Positions 38,642 through 48,542 of a stretch of 64,000 bases of DNA are shown here, one piece after another. The stretch covers positions 44,764,001 to 44,828,000 of the forward strand of contig OZ320321.1 in the NCBI GenBank assembly GCA_976226885.1. Direction: 5' to 3'. The DNA is from Iphione sp. A-MEVVRFRX5 (taxonomy: Eukaryota). The notes beneath the pieces are model-generated. The model was not told the DNA's origin. It made no database searches and saw nothing but the letters and a program-made list of their open reading frames with translations. The stretch's first letter is position 1. The number at the start of each line of letters is the position of its first letter. Both the position numbers and the translations under genes were made by a program.

Positions 38642-39498
38642 TTACTTGCTATACCCTACTATCAGCTGTCCACAACCGCAACCATTGTAACTGGCAAAAT
38701 AGCAGAATCAGTTCCTGTTGCAGGACTGATACACCTCCCCACCGATGAATTGTTACCCAGCACAGTAGGCTTGAATTTCAGAATTAGCCTGCTTGAAAAG
38801 AGAAGACTTAGGGTCATCAATACCTGAATGATACACATGCACACACATCAAGCTATTGCTGGCCAAAACTGAAACTATTGAAGGCATTCAACTGATACCA
38901 GAAGCCATCAATAGAGTGGTATTGGTGAAAAGGCGATGTAGGGCGACATATATTATCTTATTGCTCACAGATGTGTGACCTTAACAAATAATGGCTTTAC
39001 GAAGTATACATGTACCTTCAAAAGAAATCACGGGAATATAAAATGACCAGTGGGGGTAGTCAGGAAATCTTTATCTTGTAGCCATACAATGACGGCTGCT
39101 GATTTATAACTTAATACATAATACACCGAATCGTTGCATTATTGAAATCAGATTAAATTTAATTTTGTTTACGGAGCAATACCTCTCCCAATAAGTGAAT
39201 ATTTTCAAATAGCACATGACAATTAGTTGGGCCTTAATCTCGGCATCGCCCGAATCATGCGGGTATTGCTGTTGACAACAATGCTGTTTCTATCATACCG
39301 TCCGCCGTGACTTCCTGGCATGTAGGTCAACTAATCGGGACAGTTTTCACAGTGTAGGATAATCGATTATGTATTCACGCAATGAATATTATGATCAGTC
39401 TTATAACTAGGATTCCTGGTGTAAATGTAATATTTCACCCTAGGAGGATCAACTAGTGGCTTTACATTATAATCAATAGAGTCTATGTGTATACACAT

Positions 39499-39575
39499 TC
39501 TCCTCTTCCTCCTCCTCCCCTCCTCCTCCTCCTCCTCCTCCTCCTCCTCTTCCCCTTCTTCCCCTCCTCTTTCTC
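39499..39575. repeat. (CCT)n microsatellite / polypyrimidine tract
   Basis: Direct reading. Confidence 0.95.
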
Positions 39576-40859
39576 AATCCTCTCCATCTCATTTTCAGGC
39601 TTGTAGTTCCTCTGAATTTGTAGGTTTTACACAGCTCTAGGTGTAGCTTCAAAACGATGGAAGCTTGAATTCCTCCTCAGCTTACTCTTTCCATTTAAAA
39701 AATAAAAGTAGTCTTTGAAACAATGTTTGTGCGATTCTGTATTTTACCTTCAATCTAATACAAGCAGAGATAACTCTTTGCTTTACCTTTTGCACTTGTG
39801 AAACGTAAAAATATGGAAAATAAAGTAGACCAAATTATACATTAGTATTAGACAAATTTCCATCTATTTGCTCCCTTTTGAATCGACATGTGATTTATTC
39901 CCTGCTTTCTATTGGCATCCACAGGTACATAATGTGCCATGGGAAACAATACACTCTTGGAGGTTTCTATTTATCGTGCCTCCGTTTCGTCATAATAAAA
40001 CTTATGTAACTCGAGTTGCTAATTGGATTGGTGGATCGAAAGCTCATTCATGCAGCTTAGTGTTTATAGCTGTTCTGTCTTTCCAGCGGTAAACATATCG
40101 TGGTATCTACACAGAACCGTTGGTCTCAGTTTCCATGTGCCCAAACGTCTGTCAACTCTATGTTGTAACAACGCAGAATACATATTTATTCGATTAGGGA
40201 TATCTCCTATCAAAGAAAAACGTATCCAAATTGCCCTGTTCTGTAAGTGGACGGGAAACATGCTCACATGTGAATTTGGGCTTTAAATTTGGACAGCACA
40301 GGATACGACTGATTTTCAAATATGGCAATTTAGATTATCACATTTCCAATGTATGAGTGACAAGTGTATAGACCAATTACCGCATACACCTAATTGGGCA
40401 GTAAACATTGACGATGGAACGATCACGGAAGTTACATGTCCCAGCCCAGCTGGCATAGACACTAGACCCACTCTACAAATCTCCTTCCTTTGCCTCTCTT
40501 TTCGCTGCATTTAATAAAAATTTAAAACTCTATATCTCTTCAAATAGTAATAAAAGTTAGGCGTTTTCTTACTAGAGTTAGTAGAACTGATCACAAAAAT
40601 GACATACTAGCTTGAAGGGATGCCTCTGAATGAACCTTGTTAGTTTTTGAAGCGGCAGCTCCCATACTCCTTACTCCTGGCTCGTTTGCTTTCAGACTCG
40701 ATTGGTCACGTAGTCGTCCCTAATTGTAAATGATATAATAGATCTGTTGATATTACGATGAATCCAATTCTGCTCTTGATCCAGTATCCCTAAGGTTTCT
40801 TGTCCCAGGTCAGTAAAAAATGTATATATACATGTATCCTGCTTGATAAATCTCCCTAA

Positions 40860-41560
40860 CTGCAGGGGCGGGCAGTTGTCACGCCAGGCCTGATTCACGG
40901 CGAGGAATATGTTTGTCCAGCAAAGAGTGGGCAGTTTGTACGAGCCCCCTCCTTCCGCGGGTGTAAATAGGGTACTGGAGGGGCTCCTGCTTTGGGAGCC
41001 GTACACCCAAACTGTGGGTCAAGAGAGGATGATCACGATTGACGTGAATTATTAAATCCGAACATTAATCTACGCACACTGCGATCTGCAGCAGGATGCA
41101 GTGCGCCGAGAATGAACTTTCAACTCTAGTTCGTGCGCGAGTTGCTGACCTGCTTCATTGATTAGCATTGTCGACACAGACACTTCGGCCGTTGTATCTA
41201 CATGCTTTTGTAATGGCTTTGTCGCATTGCCTGCTTAAACGTCGCGGTAGTTGTCACCTATAGTGCTAAAAACACAGCTTTTGCAGTCGGCGTATCGCGT
41301 CCATATTTGTCAGCGTGGACTTTAATCGAGTATTGTTTGGCTGAGAGGAATACAAAAAAAAACACGGAGAAAACTAGCGCCCCAGGTGTAGCAAATAACG
41401 CCGCTGTTCTTATCAAACCTGTGAGGCTGTAAAATCAGAGAGGGTTGACGGGCATGTCAAAACGCGTCAATACAGGTGACCAAACATGGTGAGCAACAGT
41501 TAGTATGCCGTTTATCGTATATTTAGAATTCAGCCAGGGTTAAAGACGTTGCGGTTAACA
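40860..41560. promoter_or_regulatory. CpG-rich segment, possible unmethylated regulatory region
   Basis: CpG density visibly higher than in flanking DNA; no convincing ORF; function inferred only. Confidence 0.3.
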
Positions 41561-43740
41561 AGTATGTGCGGTTTTGTGGTTTATTTTGTCAAAGCGGTAT
41601 AACCAGAATTGACTTAAAACGGAAATCATAATGATATGCGGAGATACATTGACATTTGTTGAATGGGTATTGAAAGTATTGTGAACGTAGTCCATGTTAT
41701 TGTGATAGGTACGTGTGTGTATGTGTGTGTGAGGTCCGCTGGATACATTAGAAAAATAATTGTAATGCGTACACACTTTTCAGAAAGCAATTCTGTAAGT
41801 AACTACGAGATTCAAACAATGGCATGTGAGTTTTCCATTAGTTTGATAGATACACTTTCTCACATTAGTTTGACACATGCACTCTCTTAGAAAAAGGTGG
41901 GCGTTCCATGCAGCCATAATTATTCCAACATTTGGATGTGTGGTCGAGACACGTGGGAAAAAACAGAAAATAGCATGTGCAGACCACTGCCCATGTGTCT
42001 GAACATTAGGTTTACAGCTACAGGAACGGGGAAGCGATCGGTTTTTGAACAATTTATGCACTCTGTTCACCTGGTATCACTGTGCAGAAAAATCACACAC
42101 AGGACCCCCCATGGTAAAACATACTTTGTTTACAAATGGAAGCCTTTATATCTTTTACCCCGCCGCCCTCCCAAAGAGTTCGCCTGTGCAAGTAGGTCAG
42201 TCCTATGTGTTTTCCTTTTTCTCAAATTAACAAAGTTACGATTTCAGTAAAGACTTAATAGATGATCAGAATATGCAGTCGTTCCGCATCAGCAGATATC
42301 ATGCATGGACATTGTACGTGTACATGTAGGCCTACATTATGTTAAAGAGACGTCGCCGACGATGATGCGTCCTTCAGCGAAACTATTTTGGACCCTTTCT
42401 ACATCAGTCTTCGACAGTTGACAGAAACACCATGCACCGTGAATATTGACAATTCTCAAAACAGACAAGAGGCATATGATGTACATGTATATGTATATTT
42501 GTATTATCTACACTCACATGTATCCACACTTTAAGTAGAACGTGGCCCAAAAGTGGACTTATCTCCTAAATATAGAGAAATCGCACATCAATTCATTTGT
42601 CGGCGACAGCCAATTGCACCGAAGCCCAATAAAATGAAAACCTGTGATAGAATGGATAAGTGTACCAATGGAAAATCAAGCCTGCCGTGGCAAATCATCT
42701 GTTTAAATACCTGCTTGTTGAGCGTGATACTTTCTCGCCGAAGCTTTGTCGCAGGAATACCCTGTGTTCTTTCTCTGTTGGGCGTAAATATATCCGGTAA
42801 AGACGCGATTTGTTTCACACTAAACAACCTCTGATTTTTGTATGGTTTCCCATGAAATCGACGTTTCTACTTGTATGGTTTGCTCCCTATCTAGAACTGT
42901 CTCGCAGTCTTAAATGGCGGCTCCGATCGACAGAGTTTTAAAAATACAAAGGAGAGGCTTACCAGCACTCAGTGGAAAATCAACTACAAAGACCTCGCAG
43001 CTCCCTTTCTATGGCATGTCGCTGCTGAAAGACTGACGTAATTGTGCAGGCCCTGTATAATCACCTGATCCAACAAACAATCTCAAACAACTTCAAATCA
43101 AGCATCAACATATGCTCTTTAAAATGAATACCTTCCGGTTTGCCAAACCCGTAGCGGAGTTCTATTGGAAGAGTTTGGCCACTGAAGATTTATTTTCAAT
43201 ATTTCTTCAATAATTTATTAAACACCGAAAAGAATGGCTCCATAGTGAAGTGGGCACAATTCCATCAAGAACTAAGCGTGTAATCTTCTCAGTTAAAGGT
43301 TAGGTTCCTTGCACTCTATTATCCACTGTAGCAATACGGTCAACAGCAGCTTTAACTGTGTATTTGAATAATACGCATAGTTATCATAATCAACTAGCGA
43401 GATGGATTACCTTTTGTTGCAAAATTTCCGAGATTACATGTAGTTACAACACTTTAAGTACGCAAGAAGAATATGTGAGTACAGAATTTCTCGGAAGATT
43501 TTGCGTCTATGAAACCCCTGTGTATATAGTAGCAATGCATTCTTCCATGTGGAATGCCAAAATTTATAATTTGCATCCCGTTCTAGGCACTTTACTTGTT
43601 TTGATTTGTGTACCTACAAATATATACCACATAACTGATGAAGTTTGTGAAGAAACTTGTATTTCCACAATTCTTCAATATGTAGGAGGCGAATTGACAT
43701 TCAACCAAGTAATATGTATAACATTCACCAAAGGTATATA

Positions 43741-43798
43741 GCATATATTGACAAATTACACAACAAGCAGGTGGGGTACAATCACAGGCACAAACCCT
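43741..43798 (-). repeat. Ngaro repeat B2 (pairs with B1 at 43942-43999)
   Basis: 58 bp, identical in both copies. Confidence 0.95.
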
Positions 43799-43814
43799 TT
43801 ATTAAAAAGGTAAA

Positions 43815-43950
43815 AAGAAAAATCCAAGCGGAGTGTGACGGTTGAGAATGGAATAATACGTCATAGACACAGGTAGTTATGGCCACTCGCTAGGATACCA
43901 GTTGTTGATTGCAATATATTACAATAAATACCATTTATCCTGCATATATT
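43815..43950 (-). repeat. Ngaro repeat A2 (pairs with A1 at 47804-47939)
   Basis: 136 bp, 134 identical; both differences are CpG-to-TpG transitions. Confidence 0.95.
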
Positions 43951-44010
43951 GACAAATTACACAACAAGCAGGTGGGGTACAATCACAGGCACAAACCCTC
44001 CAAAGCCAAA

Positions 44011-44949
44011 TTAAAAGAGGGAGGCATCAGAAGCTAGTAAACTCTCTACATTAAGATCAACATAGCCAGCAACACAACTCGATTTCCAATCACCTCTATA
44101 TTTAATCTCCTTCAGAGAAACACCCTTTGAAGATAAGTAAGTAGCACCGCTACGTCTGAAAGAGTGAGACGTAATGCCTGCTAATCCAGCACACAGGCAG
44201 GCACCCTTTAACTTTGATCTGAAAGAGTTATAACTCAAGATCATCATCTTCTTCTTTACATAGTAAGAAAAAATACAATCGTTATAGCCACCACCACAAA
44301 TCAATTTCCAAGCCTTTAGCCTATTAACAATACAAAACTCCTTTTTGTTACAAAAACCAATTGGGATTATTACATCCCTATCTTCACCTTTGAACGTCTT
44401 ACCTCTGCTCAATTTAAGCAGAAAACCTTCATTAGTGAATTCAATCTCTCTCCACTTAAGTGCATTAGGACCAGTGAACATCTCTTTACGTAACAAACAA
44501 CGAAATGCCATCAAGATGGCTGTCGACATCATAAAGTCGAAAATCACAGAATCATTAAAACATCTGAACAATGCAGATAACTCGTCCACACCTATAGCAG
44601 CAGCTTTCCTTACAACAAAACTCCTCTGTCTCTTAATACCTTTCATCACCTCCTCCAACATAAAGCTACCCTCTACTGCAATAGGCTTGCCTAAACATCT
44701 TGAAAAATACAGCACACTAGATAAATACATTTTAATAGAGTTGTAACATTTGTCTCTAGCCAAGAATGTCAAATACATACAAAGTTGCATAATAGAACAT
44801 GGTAAAGTGGCATAACCGGCATCATTACAAAATTTTTCATAAGATTTCCACTGAGATTGCCTCGCTTTCCATGTGTTCGGGGCAGCTGATCCTTCTCTCA
44901 ACCGGACCATCTCCAGCTTCAGTTTCTTCCTCAGATCTGCAAATACCAT
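44011..44949 (-). CDS. Ngaro tyrosine recombinase (312 aa)
   Basis: Catalytic set visible: FRCLLR (R), RGKT (K), HSFRRSGAT (HxxR), GDWKS (W), AGYV (Y). N-terminal SAM-like core-binding region. Overlaps the pol 3' end by 113 nt. Confidence 0.95.
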   Translation of the reverse strand: MVFADLRKKLKLEMVRLREGSAAPNTWKARQSQWKSYEKFCNDAGYATLPCSIMQLCMYLTFLARDKCYNSIKMYLSSVLYFSRCLGKPIAVEGSFMLEEVMKGIKRQRSFVVRKAAAIGVDELSALFRCFNDSVIFDFMMSTAILMAFRCLLRKEMFTGPNALKWREIEFTNEGFLLKLSRGKTFKGEDRDVIIPIGFCNKKEFCIVNRLKAWKLICGGGYNDCIFSYYVKKKMMILSYNSFRSKLKGACLCAGLAGITSHSFRRSGATYLSSKGVSLKEIKYRGDWKSSCVAGYVDLNVESLLASDASLF

Positions 44950-46912
44950 AGATTATGTCACCGCAACAGCAATACTGTAACCATTCATTGTCCCTCAAAC
45001 AACACAGAGTTGGAATGTCACATCCTCTTGATAAAACATCAGCCACAGTATTATCTTTGCTACGAATATACTCTACTACCATGCTGATATTGAACATACA
45101 GCATGTCCAAAAAATTTCTTTTAGCCATTGCATGCAAGTGACGTTTGCGCTGCGGCCAGTGCGCAACATGAAGAGAACACACATGTTATCGGTTATTATT
45201 CTCACCATGCAATTCTCCCATTGTTTTCCCCACCTTTTCAATGAGACTAATACAGGCCAGAGTTCTAGTACATTAATATGTCTCTCAAAAACATCAAACA
45301 CTGGACTGTTTTCAAAGTGGCCTTCTGTTACATCGAGGGGCCAAGGCCTCTGGGACCATTTACCGTAAAACCAATCACTACCACTCCAACCTCCAAAACC
45401 GTCAAGGGACGAATCAGTAGTGACCTGGAATGAAGGAGTCTGGCCATTAATTATCTTCCTCTTGCCATTAAACAAGTCTATGAATACCAGCCACCAGTTG
45501 AGGTCCATCTTCACACTTTCTGGTAAGGTTTTACTTTCTCTGTTACTTTTGAATTTTTTCAAAAACCTATATGAGCTTCTTGCGTATGTTCTCCCTCCCC
45601 TTACTACCGTAGCACAGTGTGCTAGACGACCAGTCAGACATTCCATCACTCTCTTCCTCACCTTTTCACATTCAAGCACTTTCTCAATTTCCTCTTTACA
45701 TTTCTTAACCTTATCTGCCGGTAGTCTTAATTGCATCTCTTTAGAATCTATTAAGATGCCCAAAAATCTACATTCTGTACTAGGGGATGATATCTTATTC
45801 ATAGCTACATCAAAGCCGAAATGGGTTATTATTTGCAACATACATGAACCCAACATCTCACACTCAACGTCACTTTTACCTATCACTATAAAATCATCTA
45901 AATAATTTATAGTGACACCACCACTTCTTCTTTCAAACTCACAATGGATCAGTTCTGAAATACGTGAAAAAATATACGGGGCGCACTTTAGGCCAAAACA
46001 TAAAGTATTATTAACATAAAATTTTTCTTCACCATCTCTTGACCAAGCGAAGCCCTGCATTTCTCTATGACTAGGATGAATATGAACACTGCAATAAGCA
46101 CTCTTAATATCAAGTACCATCATATATTCACCTCCTTTAAGGTTATCACCTACGTCGTCCACCGATCTATACTTGAAGTCACAATGGGTGGTCTTCATGA
46201 AATTATTAATACATTTGTCTGGTGGCATTGAGCAGTCCGTTATAGGGCGCAGACTACCATCCTGTTTGCTCACGCCACCTAAAGCATTTACACATCTAGG
46301 TTTGCACTTCACTTCAGATATGAAACCGGATAACAACTCACAATCGATTTTACTTGACATTTCTTCATAAAATCCATTTTCTAAAATTGAATTGTAATTT
46401 TTACACTCATAACTAGTGTCACATCCATCATCAATGATACGGAAACCTTCTGTAAAACCAGCCCATAGCATGTTTTTCTCAGACACCTCCATATCGCATT
46501 TACATAAGGCATACGCAATCCTGCATGGGCGCAGCTTTACTTCAACATCTCCTATGACATATGAACAATTACAGGTACCTGTAATACAGTTTTCGTACAC
46601 ATCAACAACCCTATTTTCATTAGGAGAACGCAAGGAAACTACATGCTTCACATCATCAGTTCCTGGACATACAACCAGATCACTTAGAAAAGAGTTCATG
46701 AAATCATCGGTGTACTCGCTTACGTCAATGACGTTACCAAGTGTATCCAACGTCTCTCCGTTGATACACACATCACACGACTCGGCGTTAATGCAAGTAT
46801 TCAAACCATTCCTCTCACTGTCCATGGTATCCTCGATCAGGTCACTGGAAAGGATAAATTTGTTAGGTAATTCAATTACAAATACCTCATTTTTCCTAGC
46901 ATTAACGTCCAT
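44837..46912 (-). CDS. pol: Ngaro pol: reverse transcriptase + RNase H (691 aa)
   Basis: RT motifs VLDIKSAY, LCFGLKCAPYIF, YLDDF; RNase H motifs TTDSSLDGFGG, INVLEL, ITDN, NTVADVLSR; no stops. Confidence 0.95.
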   Translation of the reverse strand: MDVNARKNEVFVIELPNKFILSSDLIEDTMDSERNGLNTCINAESCDVCINGETLDTLGNVIDVSEYTDDFMNSFLSDLVVCPGTDDVKHVVSLRSPNENRVVDVYENCITGTCNCSYVIGDVEVKLRPCRIAYALCKCDMEVSEKNMLWAGFTEGFRIIDDGCDTSYECKNYNSILENGFYEEMSSKIDCELLSGFISEVKCKPRCVNALGGVSKQDGSLRPITDCSMPPDKCINNFMKTTHCDFKYRSVDDVGDNLKGGEYMMVLDIKSAYCSVHIHPSHREMQGFAWSRDGEEKFYVNNTLCFGLKCAPYIFSRISELIHCEFERRSGGVTINYLDDFIVIGKSDVECEMLGSCMLQIITHFGFDVAMNKISSPSTECRFLGILIDSKEMQLRLPADKVKKCKEEIEKVLECEKVRKRVMECLTGRLAHCATVVRGGRTYARSSYRFLKKFKSNRESKTLPESVKMDLNWWLVFIDLFNGKRKIINGQTPSFQVTTDSSLDGFGGWSGSDWFYGKWSQRPWPLDVTEGHFENSPVFDVFERHINVLELWPVLVSLKRWGKQWENCMVRIITDNMCVLFMLRTGRSANVTCMQWLKEIFWTCCMFNISMVVEYIRSKDNTVADVLSRGCDIPTLCCLRDNEWLQYCCCGDIIYGICRSEEETEAGDGPVERRISCPEHMESEAISVEIL

Positions 46913-46924
46913 AATCGTTCGTTG

Positions 46925-47875
46925 TCAATGCTGCTTTGACGTAGATTTTCCCTTTGCGCTCTTGTCGCCATCTGTTGCCTTGGACACAAAACAATCATTC
47001 GCTTTGTGGCCACCAACGCCACAATTGAGACATGAATGCTTGTACACACAATTGCTATCGCTACAGTCACCAGAATTATATTTGTAGCAAATTCGGTCAA
47101 ATTTCCTATTTTTCTTCCCCGGCTTAGACTTGTTAAGTCCTGTTGTAGCATCAACACCTAAATGTTTATGTATCATCTCGGTGTCCCCGAAGCAGAACGA
47201 ACTGATCCCCCTCCTTGCCGCTCTCCTCCTCATATCTCGATCGTAATTTACTAGCGCAGAAGCCTGGTACACCTTGGTAGAAGCCTTCCCAGCCAGAAAG
47301 GCTAGATGATCCACGTACGGACCGACATCCTGCTCCTTGACCAGCAGCCTCCTCAGCAGCCCCATCGAACCAACCATTAGCTGCTCGTACGTATCAACTG
47401 CTTCCCCCTCAACGAATCTTGAAATATCGTATTTTCTGAGGCGCTTACCATCTCGACGCTTGGCTTTCTTGCTTAATTTCTTCTCCTCCTCGATATCGTC
47501 CACCTCCGAATCTGTAAACTCAGAATCACTTGCACCGGTAGACGTATCGTCATCTTCAGGAGATTTCTCTGTTCTTGACTTGCCCACAGGTTTCTTCGCC
47601 GACACGAGGGTTTCGATAAGACCCTCCATGCGAGATAACCTCTTCTCAATGTCCGTGCCTTCCACGATCGTAGTAGCTTTTTCCTTCTCTTTCTCAGGAT
47701 TCATAATTTGGGAACAATTTTTCCCCACTGGTGGAGGATGGTTCACTTTACAGCATTTACAGTACTTTCCCATTGCAGCTCGACCACGGCACGTCCTCTC
47801 GTCAAGAAAAATCCAAGTGGAGTGTGATGGTTGAGAATGGAATAATACGTCATAGACACAGGTAGTTATGGCCAC
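46925..47875 (-). CDS. gag: Ngaro gag-like ORF1 (likely start at ATG 47773, MGKYCKCCKVNH)
   Basis: N-terminal CxxCxxxHxxPxGxxC, a coiled-coil/acidic-basic linker, a helical core, and C-terminal CYKYNSGDCSDSNCVYKHSCLNCGVGGHKANDC (CCCH followed by CCHC-like zinc fingers). Confidence 0.85.
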   Translation of the reverse strand: MAITTCVYDVLFHSQPSHSTWIFLDERTCRGRAAMGKYCKCCKVNHPPPVGKNCSQIMNPEKEKEKATTIVEGTDIEKRLSRMEGLIETLVSAKKPVGKSRTEKSPEDDDTSTGASDSEFTDSEVDDIEEEKKLSKKAKRRDGKRLRKYDISRFVEGEAVDTYEQLMVGSMGLLRRLLVKEQDVGPYVDHLAFLAGKASTKVYQASALVNYDRDMRRRAARRGISSFCFGDTEMIHKHLGVDATTGLNKSKPGKKNRKFDRICYKYNSGDCSDSNCVYKHSCLNCGVGGHKANDCFVSKATDGDKSAKGKSTSKQH

Positions 47876-47939
47876 TCGCTAGGATACCAGTTGTTGATTG
47901 CAATATATTACAATAAATACCATTTATCCTGCATATATT
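47804..47939 (-). repeat. Ngaro repeat A1 (5' end of element)
   Basis: Direct repeat of 43815-43950. Confidence 0.95.
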
Positions 47940-48542
47940 ATCTTAAAGAAGGTATTCATCTCTTTCGCAAAGGTTTCACGCAACTTCCAAATTTTGAACA
48001 GTTACATATTAATTAGAAAATCGTTCTATGCTGACTCTGCACTTTTTCACTGACCTAAACTTCTATAGAAAGATATTTCAAAAGGCGGCCCAGCTCTCCA
48101 GGTGTGTTGACCAACTAAATAATGTATACAAGACAGTGGTTTAGGGTTACATACAAATCTACCCTTTTGAACTTTGTATGTGTGATGTGTAAATGGATAG
48201 CTTTAACTGGCAATGCTATGTGTACGAAATACATATGTCACATGAATAGTGGTACAAGGTATGCTATTTATTCCGAATTTGCTCTGGCACCATGGTCAAT
48301 GTTAGTCTAATACTAACAGTTTCATCTAGTATTTGCGCTCGATGCAGGAAACAAAGAGGTTCAGATGCGGTGACCACAAGTTATGAGAAAGGATCAAGGC
48401 ACAAGGTAGTCGGTGCAAGCTCTGCTCACATCACATTCATCATGGATGTTGCATTCCTGATTGTGTATAATGTTGCAGCCCCATCTCAGCATAATAAGGC
48501 AGACAATTCCTTAAGATGAGATGTATATTCCAAGATAGTTTA

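Larger units (their letters stand above)
43741..47939 (-). mobile_element. Full-length Ngaro-type DIRS (tyrosine recombinase) retrotransposon, 4199 bp
   Basis: Uninterrupted gag, RT-RNaseH and YR ORFs. Split direct repeats in element orientation: A1 (47804-47939), ORFs, B1 (43942-43999), A2 (43815-43950), 16-bp spacer, B2 (43741-43798). This A1-B1-A2-B2 layout defines Ngaro elements. Confidence 0.95.

Noticed and set aside
42910-43040. AAATGGCGGC (YY1-like) with a short MAAPIDRV... frame
   Set aside because: The frame stops after about 40 codons with no donor site; there is insufficient evidence for a gene start.
44345-47834. Plus-strand ORFs of 133-223 aa (44345, 44955, 45420, 46416, 47337)
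   Set aside because: Antisense shadows of the YR, pol and gag ORFs; no recognisable motifs.
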